The notes below the pieces were generated by a model that was given only the letters and a program-made list of their open reading frames with translations, was not told where the DNA came from and made no database searches. Of a stretch of DNA of 64,000 nt, positions 34,095-43,361 are shown piece after piece. Source of the stretch: an uncultured Planctomycetia bacterium (lineage in GTDB: Bacteria; Omnitrophota; Gorgyraeia; 2-02-FULL-51-18); assembly GCA_964606485.1 (NCBI GenBank), contig CAZSGP010000003.1, positions 194,481 to 258,480 of the forward strand, read 5' to 3'. Positions within the stretch are counted from its first letter, which is position 1. Each line of letters opens with the position of its first letter. The position numbers were made by a program, and so were the translations under genes.

Positions 34095-35470
34095 TTTTCT
34101 ATCCCTTCGCTGTTTTTTTCTGTCAATTCTCCCAAAAACTTTGGAATGAAGTCTGTGTACATTTGGCCTTTACGGAAAATAGGATTTTTCAAAATTTCTT
34201 TGTGAATAGGAATCGTCGTTTTGATCGGTTCGATAATGTATTCCTCGAGCGCTCTTTGCATAATGGCCGTGGCTTCACCGCGATTGCGACCATAGGCCAT
34301 GAGCTTTCCGATCATCGAGTCGTAATACGGTAAAACGGTGTAACCCGCATAGGCGTGACTGTCGATGCGAATCCCCGGTCCTCCTGGCGCATAATAGGTT
34401 TCGATTTTTCCTGGGCAGGGCGCAAAATCATTAGACGGATCTTCTGCGTTAATGCGGCATTCGATCGCATGACCGCGCAGTGGGATTTTGTCCTGCTTCT
34501 TAATACCTAGCTTTTCTCCGGCGGCAACGCGAATCTGCTCTTTAACGATATCAATACCCGTAATGAGCTCTGTGATTCCGTGCTCCACCTGCACACGTGT
34601 GTTCATTTCGAGGAAATAAAATTTCCCATCCGTGTCGAGCAGAAACTCAACCGTCCCGGCGTTCACGTAATTAACGGCTTTCGCAGCCTTGATGGCGGCT
34701 TCACCCATTTTTTTTCTAAGTTTCCAATCAACGGCTGGGGATGGGGCTTCTTCTAATAATTTTTGATGGCGACGCTGAATCGAGCATTCTCTTTCGTACA
34801 AATAAACAATGTGCCCGTGCGTGTCGGCTAAAATTTGAACTTCGATGTGTTTTGGCTTTTCGATGTATTTTTCAATATAAACCGCGCCATTTCCAAACGC
34901 CGCCTCAGCTTCACGCTGAGCAGTCGCCATGGCGCTCGCTAAACGTACTTCATTGTGGCAGACGCGCATACCCCGTCCGCCGCCACCTGCCGTCGCCTTG
35001 ATGATGACCGGATATTTAATGCGCTTGGCGATTTTTAAGGCTTCTTCTTTATCCTTAATTGCCTCCTGAACACCGGGAACAATCGGAACACCCACTTTTC
35101 GCATGGTTTCGCGAGCGGATATCTTGTCACCCATCATGCGAATGCTATGCGCGGTGGGTCCGATAAATTTAATCTGACACGACTCGCACACTTCCGCAAA
35201 GTGTGCATTCTCAGATAAAAATCCGTAGCCCGGGTGAATCGCATCGACGTCCGTAATCTCGGCCGCGCTAATAATAGCGGGGATATTGAGGTAGCTTTGA
35301 GAGGGCGCCGCAGAGCCAATACAAACAGCTTCATCCGCCAAATGAACGTGCGGGGAATTGGCGTCCGGCTCCGAATAAACTGCGACGGTGCGAATGCCCA
35401 ATTCTTTGCAAGCGCGGATCACGCGCAAAGCAATTTCTCCGCGGTTAGCGACTAATATTTTAGAAAACAT
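34091..35470 (-). CDS. accC: Acetyl-CoA carboxylase, biotin carboxylase subunit
   Basis: 459 aa. [26 protein letters not shown]-grasp motifs, and a gene order matching accB-accC operons. Confidence 0.9.
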   Translation of the reverse strand: MFSKILVANRGEIALRVIRACKELGIRTVAVYSEPDANSPHVHLADEAVCIGSAAPSQSYLNIPAIISAAEITDVDAIHPGYGFLSENAHFAEVCESCQIKFIGPTAHSIRMMGDKISARETMRKVGVPIVPGVQEAIKDKEEALKIAKRIKYPVIIKATAGGGGRGMRVCHNEVRLASAMATAQREAEAAFGNGAVYIEKYIEKPKHIEVQILADTHGHIVYLYERECSIQRRHQKLLEEAPSPAVDWKLRKKMGEAAIKAAKAVNYVNAGTVEFLLDTDGKFYFLEMNTRVQVEHGITELITGIDIVKEQIRVAAGEKLGIKKQDKIPLRGHAIECRINAEDPSNDFAPCPGKIETYYAPGGPGIRIDSHAYAGYTVLPYYDSMIGKLMAYGRNRGEATAIMQRALEEYIIEPIKTTIPIHKEILKNPIFRKGQMYTDFIPKFLGELTEKNSEGIEK

Positions 35471-35483
35471 GCGAGGTTAAAAA

Positions 35484-35939
35484 TTATTCCAAAATAAAAA
35501 GCGGTTGACCAAATTCGACAGGGTCGCCGTTATTTACAAGCACTTGAGCGACTTTGCCTCGAATTTCAGCTTTAATTTCATTCATGAGCTTCATGGCCTC
35601 AATAATACAAACCACGTTTCCGGGCTCAATCATCGTGCCCGCCTGCACAAATGGCGGAGCTTCTGGCGATGGCGATGAATAAAAAGTACCAACCATCGGG
35701 GATTTGATGACGTTTTTTGCATTCACTGCTGGCTTCGGCGCTTCTGCAGCAGTTTCAGCAGCACGGGCTGGCGCAGCATACTGCGCGGGTGATGCCTGCA
35801 TGGGCACCATGACCTGCTCGATGCCGCCACCTGAATTTTTCTTCAGGCGCACTTTTAAACCATCTTTTTCGAGCTCAATCTCACAGAGATCGTTTTCGTT
35901 CATGAGCTGAATCATTTCTTTGATTTCTTTGATATTCAC
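35484..35939 (-). CDS. accB: Biotin carboxyl carrier protein
   Basis: 151 aa with an Ala/Pro-rich linker. The biotinylation motif is EAMKLMNEI. Confidence 0.85.
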   Translation of the reverse strand: MNIKEIKEMIQLMNENDLCEIELEKDGLKVRLKKNSGGGIEQVMVPMQASPAQYAAPARAAETAAEAPKPAVNAKNVIKSPMVGTFYSSPSPEAPPFVQAGTMIEPGNVVCIIEAMKLMNEIKAEIRGKVAQVLVNNGDPVEFGQPLFILE

Positions 35940-35957
35940 CTCTTTAGTCCTTTCTCT

Positions 35958-36515
35958 TCAAGCTCTTTCTAGATATTGACCCGTTCGCGTGTCGACCTTT
36001 ACCTTGTCGCCATTAGCAACAAAAAGAGGTACTTTGATCGTAGCGCCCGTTTCAACTTTTGCTGGCTTCGTTCCACTTTTGGCGGTGTCTCCGCGGACAC
36101 CCGGCTCTGTCTCCGTCACTTCCAAAACAACCGACGGTGGCAGTTCCACCAAAATCAAATCCTCATCCGAAAATCGGCCCGTCACATCGCTATTTTCCTT
36201 CAAAAACAACGCACGGTCACCCAACATCTCAATCCCCATCACAACTTCGTGAAAAGACTGATTGTCCATAAAATGAAACTTATTGCCGTCCTTGTAAAGG
36301 TATTGCAGGGGACGATCTTCCAGGAAGATTTCTTCAAATTTTTCACCGGAACGAAATTTTTGCTCGAGCAGATTGCCCGTTTTGATATTTTTCATGCGGG
36401 TGCTGACGATAGGCTGGCGTTGCTGCATCTTCACAAGCTGCCAGTCGATGATTTCCCACATCTGGTTTTCATACTTAATGATAATGCCTGTTTTAAACTG
36501 ACTTGTGCTAATCAT
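35958..36515 (-). CDS. efp: Translation elongation factor P
   Basis: 185 aa. The N-terminal FKTGIIIKYENQMWEII and the KPGKG-like loop region are present, within an overall EF-P three-domain length. Confidence 0.85.
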   Translation of the reverse strand: MISTSQFKTGIIIKYENQMWEIIDWQLVKMQQRQPIVSTRMKNIKTGNLLEQKFRSGEKFEEIFLEDRPLQYLYKDGNKFHFMDNQSFHEVVMGIEMLGDRALFLKENSDVTGRFSDEDLILVELPPSVVLEVTETEPGVRGDTAKSGTKPAKVETGATIKVPLFVANGDKVKVDTRTGQYLERA

Positions 36516-37576
36516 GCTTCCCTTTCCAAACCACTGGTCAAAACTTCGTTTCCGCGTTCGGTGATTAAGACCATGTCTTCAATTCTCACTCCGAACTTCC
36601 CCGGCAAATAAATACCCGGCTCCACCGTAATCACCATGCCCGGCTTCAAAACCGTCTGGCTTTTCGAGGAAACACTCGGCGCCTCATGAATTTCAAGGCC
36701 AACTCCGTGTCCTGTGCTATGCCCAAAGTACTTGGCGTAGCCTTTTTTTTGGATGTAGTTCCGACACGCGTCGTCTACGTCTTTGCAGGTTGCACCCGGC
36801 TTTGCTGCGGCTATCCCGGAGCGCTGTGCCTGCCAAACAATGTCATAGATCTTCTTTTGCAAAGGGCTGATTCTACCCAAAAAGATTGGGCGGGTCAAAT
36901 CAGAACAATAGCCCTCATAAATCACGCCCATGTCTAACAGAAGCACGTCATTGTCCCGAACTAACGTTTCGTTCGTTTGACAGTGCGGCATCGAAGATCG
37001 CGCTCCGGTGGCAACGATAATATCAAACGACGGCTTTTCGGCTCCCAAGGTCTTCGTGAAAAGCTCAAGGCGCCCCTGCACTTCCCGCTCCTGCATTCCG
37101 GGCCGCACGGTCTGACGCACGTAGTGGTAACCCTTAACTGCAATTTCCGCAGAACGGCGAATTTGCCCAATCTCAAAAGCATCCTTGGTGATTCGCAAGC
37201 CCTCTACGAGTGAGCCTACCGCCTTTAAGCGATCCACTCCAACATTTTTGGCAAGCCCCTGATAAAACGAATAAGTGATAATGGGAGCTTCAAAGCCCAC
37301 GGACTTACACTGATGCTTCTTCACTAAATCCGCCACAATTTCGGCAACCGATCGCTTATCGCGTAAAATAAGCTTAAAACCCTTTGCTTCCGCTAAGGCC
37401 TGCTCGGAATAACGCGAATCGGTTATAAAATAAAGCCCTTTGGGCGATACAAAAATCCAGGACTCAGTTCCTTTGAAGCCGCTCAAATACGTCACGTTTG
37501 GCCATGAGCTAACGAGTAGCGAGTCAATTCCGGCTTTTGGAAAGAGCGCGAATAGCTTTTTAAGACGAGGGTTCAA
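36512..37576 (-). CDS. pepP: Xaa-Pro aminopeptidase (M24 family)
   Basis: 354 aa. Creatinase-like N-terminus, then HSTGHGVGLEIHE and the VITVEPGIY metal-binding motifs. Confidence 0.8.
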   Translation of the reverse strand: MNPRLKKLFALFPKAGIDSLLVSSWPNVTYLSGFKGTESWIFVSPKGLYFITDSRYSEQALAEAKGFKLILRDKRSVAEIVADLVKKHQCKSVGFEAPIITYSFYQGLAKNVGVDRLKAVGSLVEGLRITKDAFEIGQIRRSAEIAVKGYHYVRQTVRPGMQEREVQGRLELFTKTLGAEKPSFDIIVATGARSSMPHCQTNETLVRDNDVLLLDMGVIYEGYCSDLTRPIFLGRISPLQKKIYDIVWQAQRSGIAAAKPGATCKDVDDACRNYIQKKGYAKYFGHSTGHGVGLEIHEAPSVSSKSQTVLKPGMVITVEPGIYLPGKFGVRIEDMVLITERGNEVLTSGLEREA

Positions 37577-38525
37577 GGCGCTTTCCTTTCAGTTGAATGT
37601 GATAGTCGTGCCGCACGAGATAAATAATTCCGCCAATTACGCTGAGTCCAATCAGAACCCCTAACCACAAAATTCCAAGGGCTGCCGCATACTCAACACC
37701 AATGTAAGATGTAAGCAAAATTTTATACCCCCACTCTCTTAGGCCTAGTCCACCCAAAGACGGGGCCATGCTAATCAGATCCACAATGGGGATGAGCAGG
37801 AAAAAATAAAAAACACTCGTGTGCGCTCCCAACGCAACGACAATTAAAAACCGGACAATAATAGAAAGCGCTTGTCCGACAATCGACAAAAGCAAAGCCT
37901 CTACCATCACAGCTTTTCTATTTTTAAATGCATTGAGTCCGTTATAAATTTTTCGCGCTTTCTCTTCCCACTTAAAAAATCGGAGCAAATGCTTGATGAA
38001 TCCGAAGCGTCTTGCCGTGTCTTTGTGAAAGAGCAAAATAAAACAAAAGAAAGCGATGGCAAGCACCGAATACACAAAAATAGGCACGTGTTTGCTATGA
38101 ATATTTTTCATGAAAAAGAAAAGGCTGATTGAAGGTATCAAAATAAATGTGAATAGCCCAAAAATACGATCCATCAACACGGAGGTCACCGATTTAACAG
38201 GCTCTCCCGTAATCCGCGCAGCGCACATCACCTTCACAATATCTCCCCCCATCGAGGTGGGTAGAAAATTATTAAAAAAACAGCCGACAAAACTAATATT
38301 CAGCGCATCCGAGAATTTTAGCTTAAGACCCTCCGCATCAAAAACCAGCTGGAGCCGCTTAGCAGTAACACCGATGGCGATCAACATCAACACAAACGCA
38401 GAAAAAAACAGAGGCACATTTACGTTTTTTAACGCATGAAGAATTTGGGGAATGTCGTCTCGGACACCAAACCACAACCAAACAAGTAAGCCGGCGCTAA
38501 TCAATACTCGAATCAGAGTTTTCAT
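37560..38525 (-). CDS. Lysylphosphatidylglycerol-synthase-TM-like / UPF0104 flippase-like integral membrane protein.
   Basis: 321 aa with roughly 8 predicted TM helices. The conserved SFVGCFFNNFLPTSMGGDIVK motif is characteristic of this family. Confidence 0.55.
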   Translation of the reverse strand: MKTLIRVLISAGLLVWLWFGVRDDIPQILHALKNVNVPLFFSAFVLMLIAIGVTAKRLQLVFDAEGLKLKFSDALNISFVGCFFNNFLPTSMGGDIVKVMCAARITGEPVKSVTSVLMDRIFGLFTFILIPSISLFFFMKNIHSKHVPIFVYSVLAIAFFCFILLFHKDTARRFGFIKHLLRFFKWEEKARKIYNGLNAFKNRKAVMVEALLLSIVGQALSIIVRFLIVVALGAHTSVFYFFLLIPIVDLISMAPSLGGLGLREWGYKILLTSYIGVEYAAALGILWLGVLIGLSVIGGIIYLVRHDYHIQLKGKRLEPSS

Positions 38526-39538
38526 GAGATATTTTTAATGATAGCCGATTGAGACCGAAGCGTCTTAGCGCAAGACTCGGGAGTTGTTGGGTTCACATAA
38601 AACCCAGTGGCAAGTTCAAACCCAGCGATTTGAGTCAAATGCGGAATGATTTCAATATGCCAATGATAATGACTCGTCTCTTTTCCGTCGATGGGAGATG
38701 TGTGAATCATAAAATTAAACGGAGGATCGCCCAGCGCCTGCTTCAAACTCTGAAGAGCCGCTTGAAAAACAGTTGCAAGCTTATCGAGCCCCGCGTCAGT
38801 TAGAGCGTCAAAATTTTCCACATGCTGTTTGGGCGTGATCCACATTTCGAATGGAAACCTCGAAACAAAAGGACAGATCGCCAGAAAATCTTCGTTTTCA
38901 GATACCGTGAGAAGCTCGTCTGATTTTTCCTGGTTAATCATGTCGCAGAACACACAGCGGTCGGTGTAACCAAAATGCTTTTCGGCGCCCTTCATCTCGC
39001 CAATCACGCGCGACGGCACAATGGGCAACCCAATCAACTGGGAATGCGGGTGCTCAAGGCTCGCCCCTGCAGCCGATCCAAAATTTTTAAAAATAAGAAT
39101 ATATTTAAATCGAGCGTCTTTCCTTAAGTCCAAGCAGCGATCACGGTAAGCTCGGAGCACAGTTACAAAGTCATCGTGGGTTAAATCCGACATTTCCCGA
39201 TCATGCTCCGGATTTTCAATGATGACTTCGTGCGCCCCGAAACCACCCATCTTGTCATACATACCAATTGCCGACTTGGTTGGAGTCTCTTCAATCTGAA
39301 GCGCCGGAAATTTGTTTGGGATTACCCTAAGCTGCCAATGAGAAGAATTTTTGGATGAATTTTTTTTAGGGAAACTGATAATTTCTTGAGGCGTCATCGA
39401 CTCGTTTCCGGGACAAAAAGGACAAACCTTTGTTGATTTGGGCGCGTGAGTCACTTTAAATTCAGAGGCGGGCTTCGGGTTTTCGATATTCACGATCACC
39501 CAACGATCCGCGATAGGATCCTTACGAAACTGCGGCAT
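38522..39538 (-). CDS. Galactose-1-phosphate uridylyltransferase-like (GalT class I/HIT-like) nucleotidyltransferase with an intact active site.
   Basis: The zinc knuckle is VCPFCPGNE. The active-site motif EHPHSQL (HxHxQ) is intact. Confidence 0.7.
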   Translation of the reverse strand: MPQFRKDPIADRWVIVNIENPKPASEFKVTHAPKSTKVCPFCPGNESMTPQEIISFPKKNSSKNSSHWQLRVIPNKFPALQIEETPTKSAIGMYDKMGGFGAHEVIIENPEHDREMSDLTHDDFVTVLRAYRDRCLDLRKDARFKYILIFKNFGSAAGASLEHPHSQLIGLPIVPSRVIGEMKGAEKHFGYTDRCVFCDMINQEKSDELLTVSENEDFLAICPFVSRFPFEMWITPKQHVENFDALTDAGLDKLATVFQAALQSLKQALGDPPFNFMIHTSPIDGKETSHYHWHIEIIPHLTQIAGFELATGFYVNPTTPESCAKTLRSQSAIIKNIS

Positions 39539-40562
39539 ACTGAACCTCTCTCAAAAGCTGAGCGGCGTCTTCCGGTGGTGTTGGGTTAATGTAAATCCCA
39601 GTCCCCCACTCAAATCCGGCCGGACGCGTTAAGCGCGGCGTAATCTGCCAGTACCAATGATAGTCTTCGTCGATCGTGCGCCAATAATTTTGATGCCGTT
39701 TGTGCCGGTAGGGCGCCGTGTGCAGAATCATGTTATAGGCAGGATCATTGAGAAGTGATTTAATTCGCATGAGACAATCCTTCAAAATATTCGCAAATAG
39801 CGGGAGCTCCGCTGGGGTCATATGCACAAAATCGGCTGAATGTTTTTTAGGTAAAATCCAAATTTCAAACGGTGATCGTGAAGCGTAGGGACAAATCGCA
39901 ATGAACGCCTCATTTTCAGAAACAATGCGCAGCGCATCTTTAGTTTCCTGACGCAAAATATCACAAAAAACACAGCGCTCTTTCCGCTCAAAATAATTTT
40001 TTGCCGAAACCAGCTCTTCCTTGACGCGCTTGGGTGTCACTGGCAAAGCGATGATTTGAGATCGTGAGTGGCGTATCACGTCTTGCTCTGAGCCGGATAC
40101 CAATCCATGATTCTTAAAAAGAAGCGCGTACTTATAGCGCGGGTCTTTCTCTAAATCTTTAAGTCGCTCCGTGTAAAGCGTCAAAACTCGAACAATCTCC
40201 TCGAGCTTCATTTCGTCGAGCTCATGCTTGTGCTCTGGGTGCTCAATAATAATTTCGTGTTGGCCGGCGCCCCCCATCAAATCGTACATTCCCTGCCCAA
40301 AACGCTCGAGCTGCGTCTGGCTGTCTAGAATAGGGTTTTTACTTTGGATCGAACGCACAAACCACCCAGGGCCGTTGGCTTGCGTTCCAGGCTTTCGGAT
40401 GGCATAAATTTCGTTCGTGGTCTCAGACTCCCGACCTTCACAAAATGGGCAGCTCTTCTCACGTATGACCTTTTTATCGACGAATTCCATGGGACGACGC
40501 GAGCGCTCGGTGGAAATAATGGTCCAGCATCCGAATACGGGGTCGCGGCGAAGTTCGGGCAT
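39522..40562 (-). CDS. GalT-like paralog with a substituted nucleophile histidine.
   Basis: The zinc knuckle SCPFCEGRE is present. The HPH position reads RHSRSQ, with Arg in place of the second His. It overlaps the downstream paralog by 17 nt. Confidence 0.65.
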   Translation of the reverse strand: MPELRRDPVFGCWTIISTERSRRPMEFVDKKVIREKSCPFCEGRESETTNEIYAIRKPGTQANGPGWFVRSIQSKNPILDSQTQLERFGQGMYDLMGGAGQHEIIIEHPEHKHELDEMKLEEIVRVLTLYTERLKDLEKDPRYKYALLFKNHGLVSGSEQDVIRHSRSQIIALPVTPKRVKEELVSAKNYFERKERCVFCDILRQETKDALRIVSENEAFIAICPYASRSPFEIWILPKKHSADFVHMTPAELPLFANILKDCLMRIKSLLNDPAYNMILHTAPYRHKRHQNYWRTIDEDYHWYWQITPRLTRPAGFEWGTGIYINPTPPEDAAQLLREVQYAAVS

Positions 40563-40565
40563 GAT

Positions 40566-41876
40566 TTAGGCTTTGTCGCTGCCGTTCAAATACCCTAAAA
40601 GATCAAGCGGGTTGATTGTGCCGAGTACTTTATTATTCTTATCTTGAATCACCAAAAGCTCAGACTTAGTCTCCTTGAACTTTTTCACCACTTCGGCGAG
40701 CGTTGCCTCTTTAGGAATCACAACAAAATCCTTTTTGGCAATGTCTAGTGCTGGGCGATCGAGCTCCTTGATCGTGAGATTAGGCACCGCCAATCGCTCC
40801 AGTTTTTTAACATTGATTAGGCGGCGGTTGATGTATTCATAAAATTGAGTCGAAAGAATTTTTTTGAAACTGACTGGGAGAGCAACTACCGGATGACCTT
40901 CGATAAAATCTAAATGCGTACGAAACGCACAGGATTGGGAGCGCTGGTCCACGGAAAGTAGGTATCTCAGCGAACTATCAGGGACAATCTCCTCCTGTGC
41001 TTCGGGAATCGAAGAAAGCCACGCCAACTCATAAACATCATCGTTTGTAAGCCTCAAATCTTTAAAACCTCTTCCAATCTGAAATGAAAGCGCACCGTCC
41101 TGATCTTTAAAAAAGGGCGCATATTTTTCAAGCGTATCAATGGCGTCCGATAGAAAAACACCTAGAGCTACGTCTGGGTTGTATAAAATTCCGGCCATGA
41201 TAAAAGCGGCGTCGTCCGATTGCCCGGGCCCTAAGCGGTGGCGAATGTAAAAATAGCGCTGCGTTGTCGGATCCACCACCCCGTCAGAGTCCACAATCAA
41301 ACCGCGGCGCATGTATTCTTCGATATGCGCTTCGTGCGGCTCATGAGCCAAACGCTCTCCATCCAAATTCATTTCAAGCATCGTCTTAACATCAATAACG
41401 TAACAGCGTCCACCGCCGATTTTTACTTTGTAGACATGCTCAGCTTCTTTTCGAATGTCCGGATTGTCGCGTAGCCCACCCAGATACAATCCCCGGACAA
41501 CGTCGCGGGCATTCACCTTGCGGTCCCGGAAAAGCGAAATTCCCAAAATAGGCTCGCCACGGCGATTGAGTAAACGATCCCGCTTGTCCCCGTTCATGGC
41601 GTCCTCGGCAAACTCCGCAATGTCGTCAATGATGGACTGGCGCAGCGCCTTGATTTTTTCGGGGTCTCGATCCAAAGCTTTTACCACGTCATCAATGGTA
41701 GTGTTGACGTAGGTGCGTTTATTGAATACGCCCGCACCATTATGTGAGCGCCCTTCGAGTGATTGAATAAAAAGAAGATCTTGAATTTCGGGTGTGGTGT
41801 CTAGACGGTCGTACGACTTGAGCACATCGTAATCAGCCTGAACAAGCTCCTTGGGAGCGACGGAATGCAAAAACAT
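40566..41876 (-). CDS. CBS-domain protein with a large unassigned N-terminal domain
   Basis: 436 aa. The C-terminal CBS motif is FVVIPKEATLAEVVKKFKETKSELLVIQDKNNKVLGTINPLDLL. I did not recognise the roughly 370-aa N-terminal region. Confidence 0.45.
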   Translation of the reverse strand: MFLHSVAPKELVQADYDVLKSYDRLDTTPEIQDLLFIQSLEGRSHNGAGVFNKRTYVNTTIDDVVKALDRDPEKIKALRQSIIDDIAEFAEDAMNGDKRDRLLNRRGEPILGISLFRDRKVNARDVVRGLYLGGLRDNPDIRKEAEHVYKVKIGGGRCYVIDVKTMLEMNLDGERLAHEPHEAHIEEYMRRGLIVDSDGVVDPTTQRYFYIRHRLGPGQSDDAAFIMAGILYNPDVALGVFLSDAIDTLEKYAPFFKDQDGALSFQIGRGFKDLRLTNDDVYELAWLSSIPEAQEEIVPDSSLRYLLSVDQRSQSCAFRTHLDFIEGHPVVALPVSFKKILSTQFYEYINRRLINVKKLERLAVPNLTIKELDRPALDIAKKDFVVIPKEATLAEVVKKFKETKSELLVIQDKNNKVLGTINPLDLLGYLNGSDKA

Positions 41877-41904
41877 ATCGGGCGATTATAGCATGCGCCA
41901 ATGT

Positions 41905-42846
41905 TTATTCAAGGAGTTCCCCGGCCCGAAGCGACGCTCCGCGTAAAAATTCCGCAGCACTCATTGATTTTTTTCCTTCAGGCTTGAGCGTTACGAGTTC
42001 TAGCGCAAAATCCTTTGTGGAAACGAGCAGTCCCTGATCCGGTTTTAATTCTAAAATTTCTCCGGGTCTCGTGGATTTTTGATCAAACGGTTTCATCTCT
42101 TCAACCAAAATGCGCTTCCCCTGATAAAAAAAGAAGCTTCCCGGCCAGCGCTTCAGCGCTTGAAATCGAAGTAGCACCTCTCTTCGGCTCAAATCCCACC
42201 GGATCCGACCGTCTTCTTTGGTGAGCTTTCGCGCATAAGTCGCGTGCGTCTCGTCTTGAGTAGTCAGGTGAGCCTTGCTATCCGAAACAGAGTCAATTGC
42301 TGAAAGCATTAAATCCGCACCCAGCTCTTCGAGACGCTTTTCTAGTGAAAGAAAATCATCTTCCGCGCGAATGGGCTCTTCTTTTTGAAGCACGATGTCT
42401 CCTGCGTCCAACTTTTCGTTCATCCGGATAATGCTCACCCCCGTCTTACTTTGTCCATCAAGCAAAGGCCAGTGAATGGGCGCTGCTCCCCTATAAAGCG
42501 GCAAAAGAGACGGGTGGAGATTAAGACACATTTTTCCAGCGCTCGCAAGCCACGGTTTTTTTAAAATCACGCCAAATGCGATCACCACCAAAAAGTCAGG
42601 CTTTAAATGAAGTATCTGTTCAAGCAACTCGGCTGAATTGGCAGAGGTGTGCTCTTTGAAGGAAACACCTTCTTTTAATGCCCATTCTTTAACCGGAGTG
42701 GGCCGCAACTTCAAATCACGCCCGGCAGGCTTATCAGCTCCGGTGATAATCAAGGAAATTTTGTGAGGAGATTTTTTGAGCTTTTCAAGCGTGGGCAGCC
42801 CGAAGGATCCCGAGCCTAAATAAACAATTTTTTGGGAGGTGCTCAA
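41905..42846 (-). CDS. fmt: Methionyl-tRNA formyltransferase
   Basis: 313 aa. KIVYLGSGSFGLPTLEKL, the formyl-transferase motif HPSLLPLYRGAAPI, and co-location with def. Confidence 0.85.
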   Translation of the reverse strand: MSTSQKIVYLGSGSFGLPTLEKLKKSPHKISLIITGADKPAGRDLKLRPTPVKEWALKEGVSFKEHTSANSAELLEQILHLKPDFLVVIAFGVILKKPWLASAGKMCLNLHPSLLPLYRGAAPIHWPLLDGQSKTGVSIIRMNEKLDAGDIVLQKEEPIRAEDDFLSLEKRLEELGADLMLSAIDSVSDSKAHLTTQDETHATYARKLTKEDGRIRWDLSRREVLLRFQALKRWPGSFFFYQGKRILVEEMKPFDQKSTRPGEILELKPDQGLLVSTKDFALELVTLKPEGKKSMSAAEFLRGASLRAGELLE

Positions 42847-43337
42847 AGAGGCTTTGCGGAAAGTTTTTTTACAGCGCGTTTACTTTTTAAAAAGCCTAGG
42901 CGCTCAATAAAAAGAATGCCGTCCAAGTGATCAATTTCGTGCTGACAAATGCGAGACAAGAGTCCGCCTGCTTCGATTTCAACGGACCGCCCCTGCAAAT
43001 CGATTGCTTTCATCCAAACTTTTTTGGCGCGTCTCACCGGCTCGTAAAACTCCGGAACACTGAGACAACCCTCAAACTCCTTAACCGTCCCTTGTTTTTT
43101 AACAATTTGGGGATTAAAAAAAACAAGCTCATTGCCTTTAATTTGATCGGGACTCGCCACAAAAAGGCGCTTTAAGGCACCCACTTGATTGGCGGCAAGA
43201 CCCACGCCATTCTCAGCGTACATAGTTTCAATCATGTCGCTAGCCAGTTTGCGCTCCACGTCTGTAATTTTTTCGACGGGCTTGGCTTTGGTCTTTAAAA
43301 TCTTATTAGGAAATGTGAGAACGGGTAGCACAGCCAT
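42843..43337 (-). CDS. def: Peptide deformylase
   Basis: GLAANQVG, EGCLSVP and QHEIDHLDG, the three Def motifs, are all present. Confidence 0.9.
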   Translation of the reverse strand: MAVLPVLTFPNKILKTKAKPVEKITDVERKLASDMIETMYAENGVGLAANQVGALKRLFVASPDQIKGNELVFFNPQIVKKQGTVKEFEGCLSVPEFYEPVRRAKKVWMKAIDLQGRSVEIEAGGLLSRICQHEIDHLDGILFIERLGFLKSKRAVKKLSAKPL

Positions 43338-43361
43338 AGTACGATTATTTTATCATCCCCT

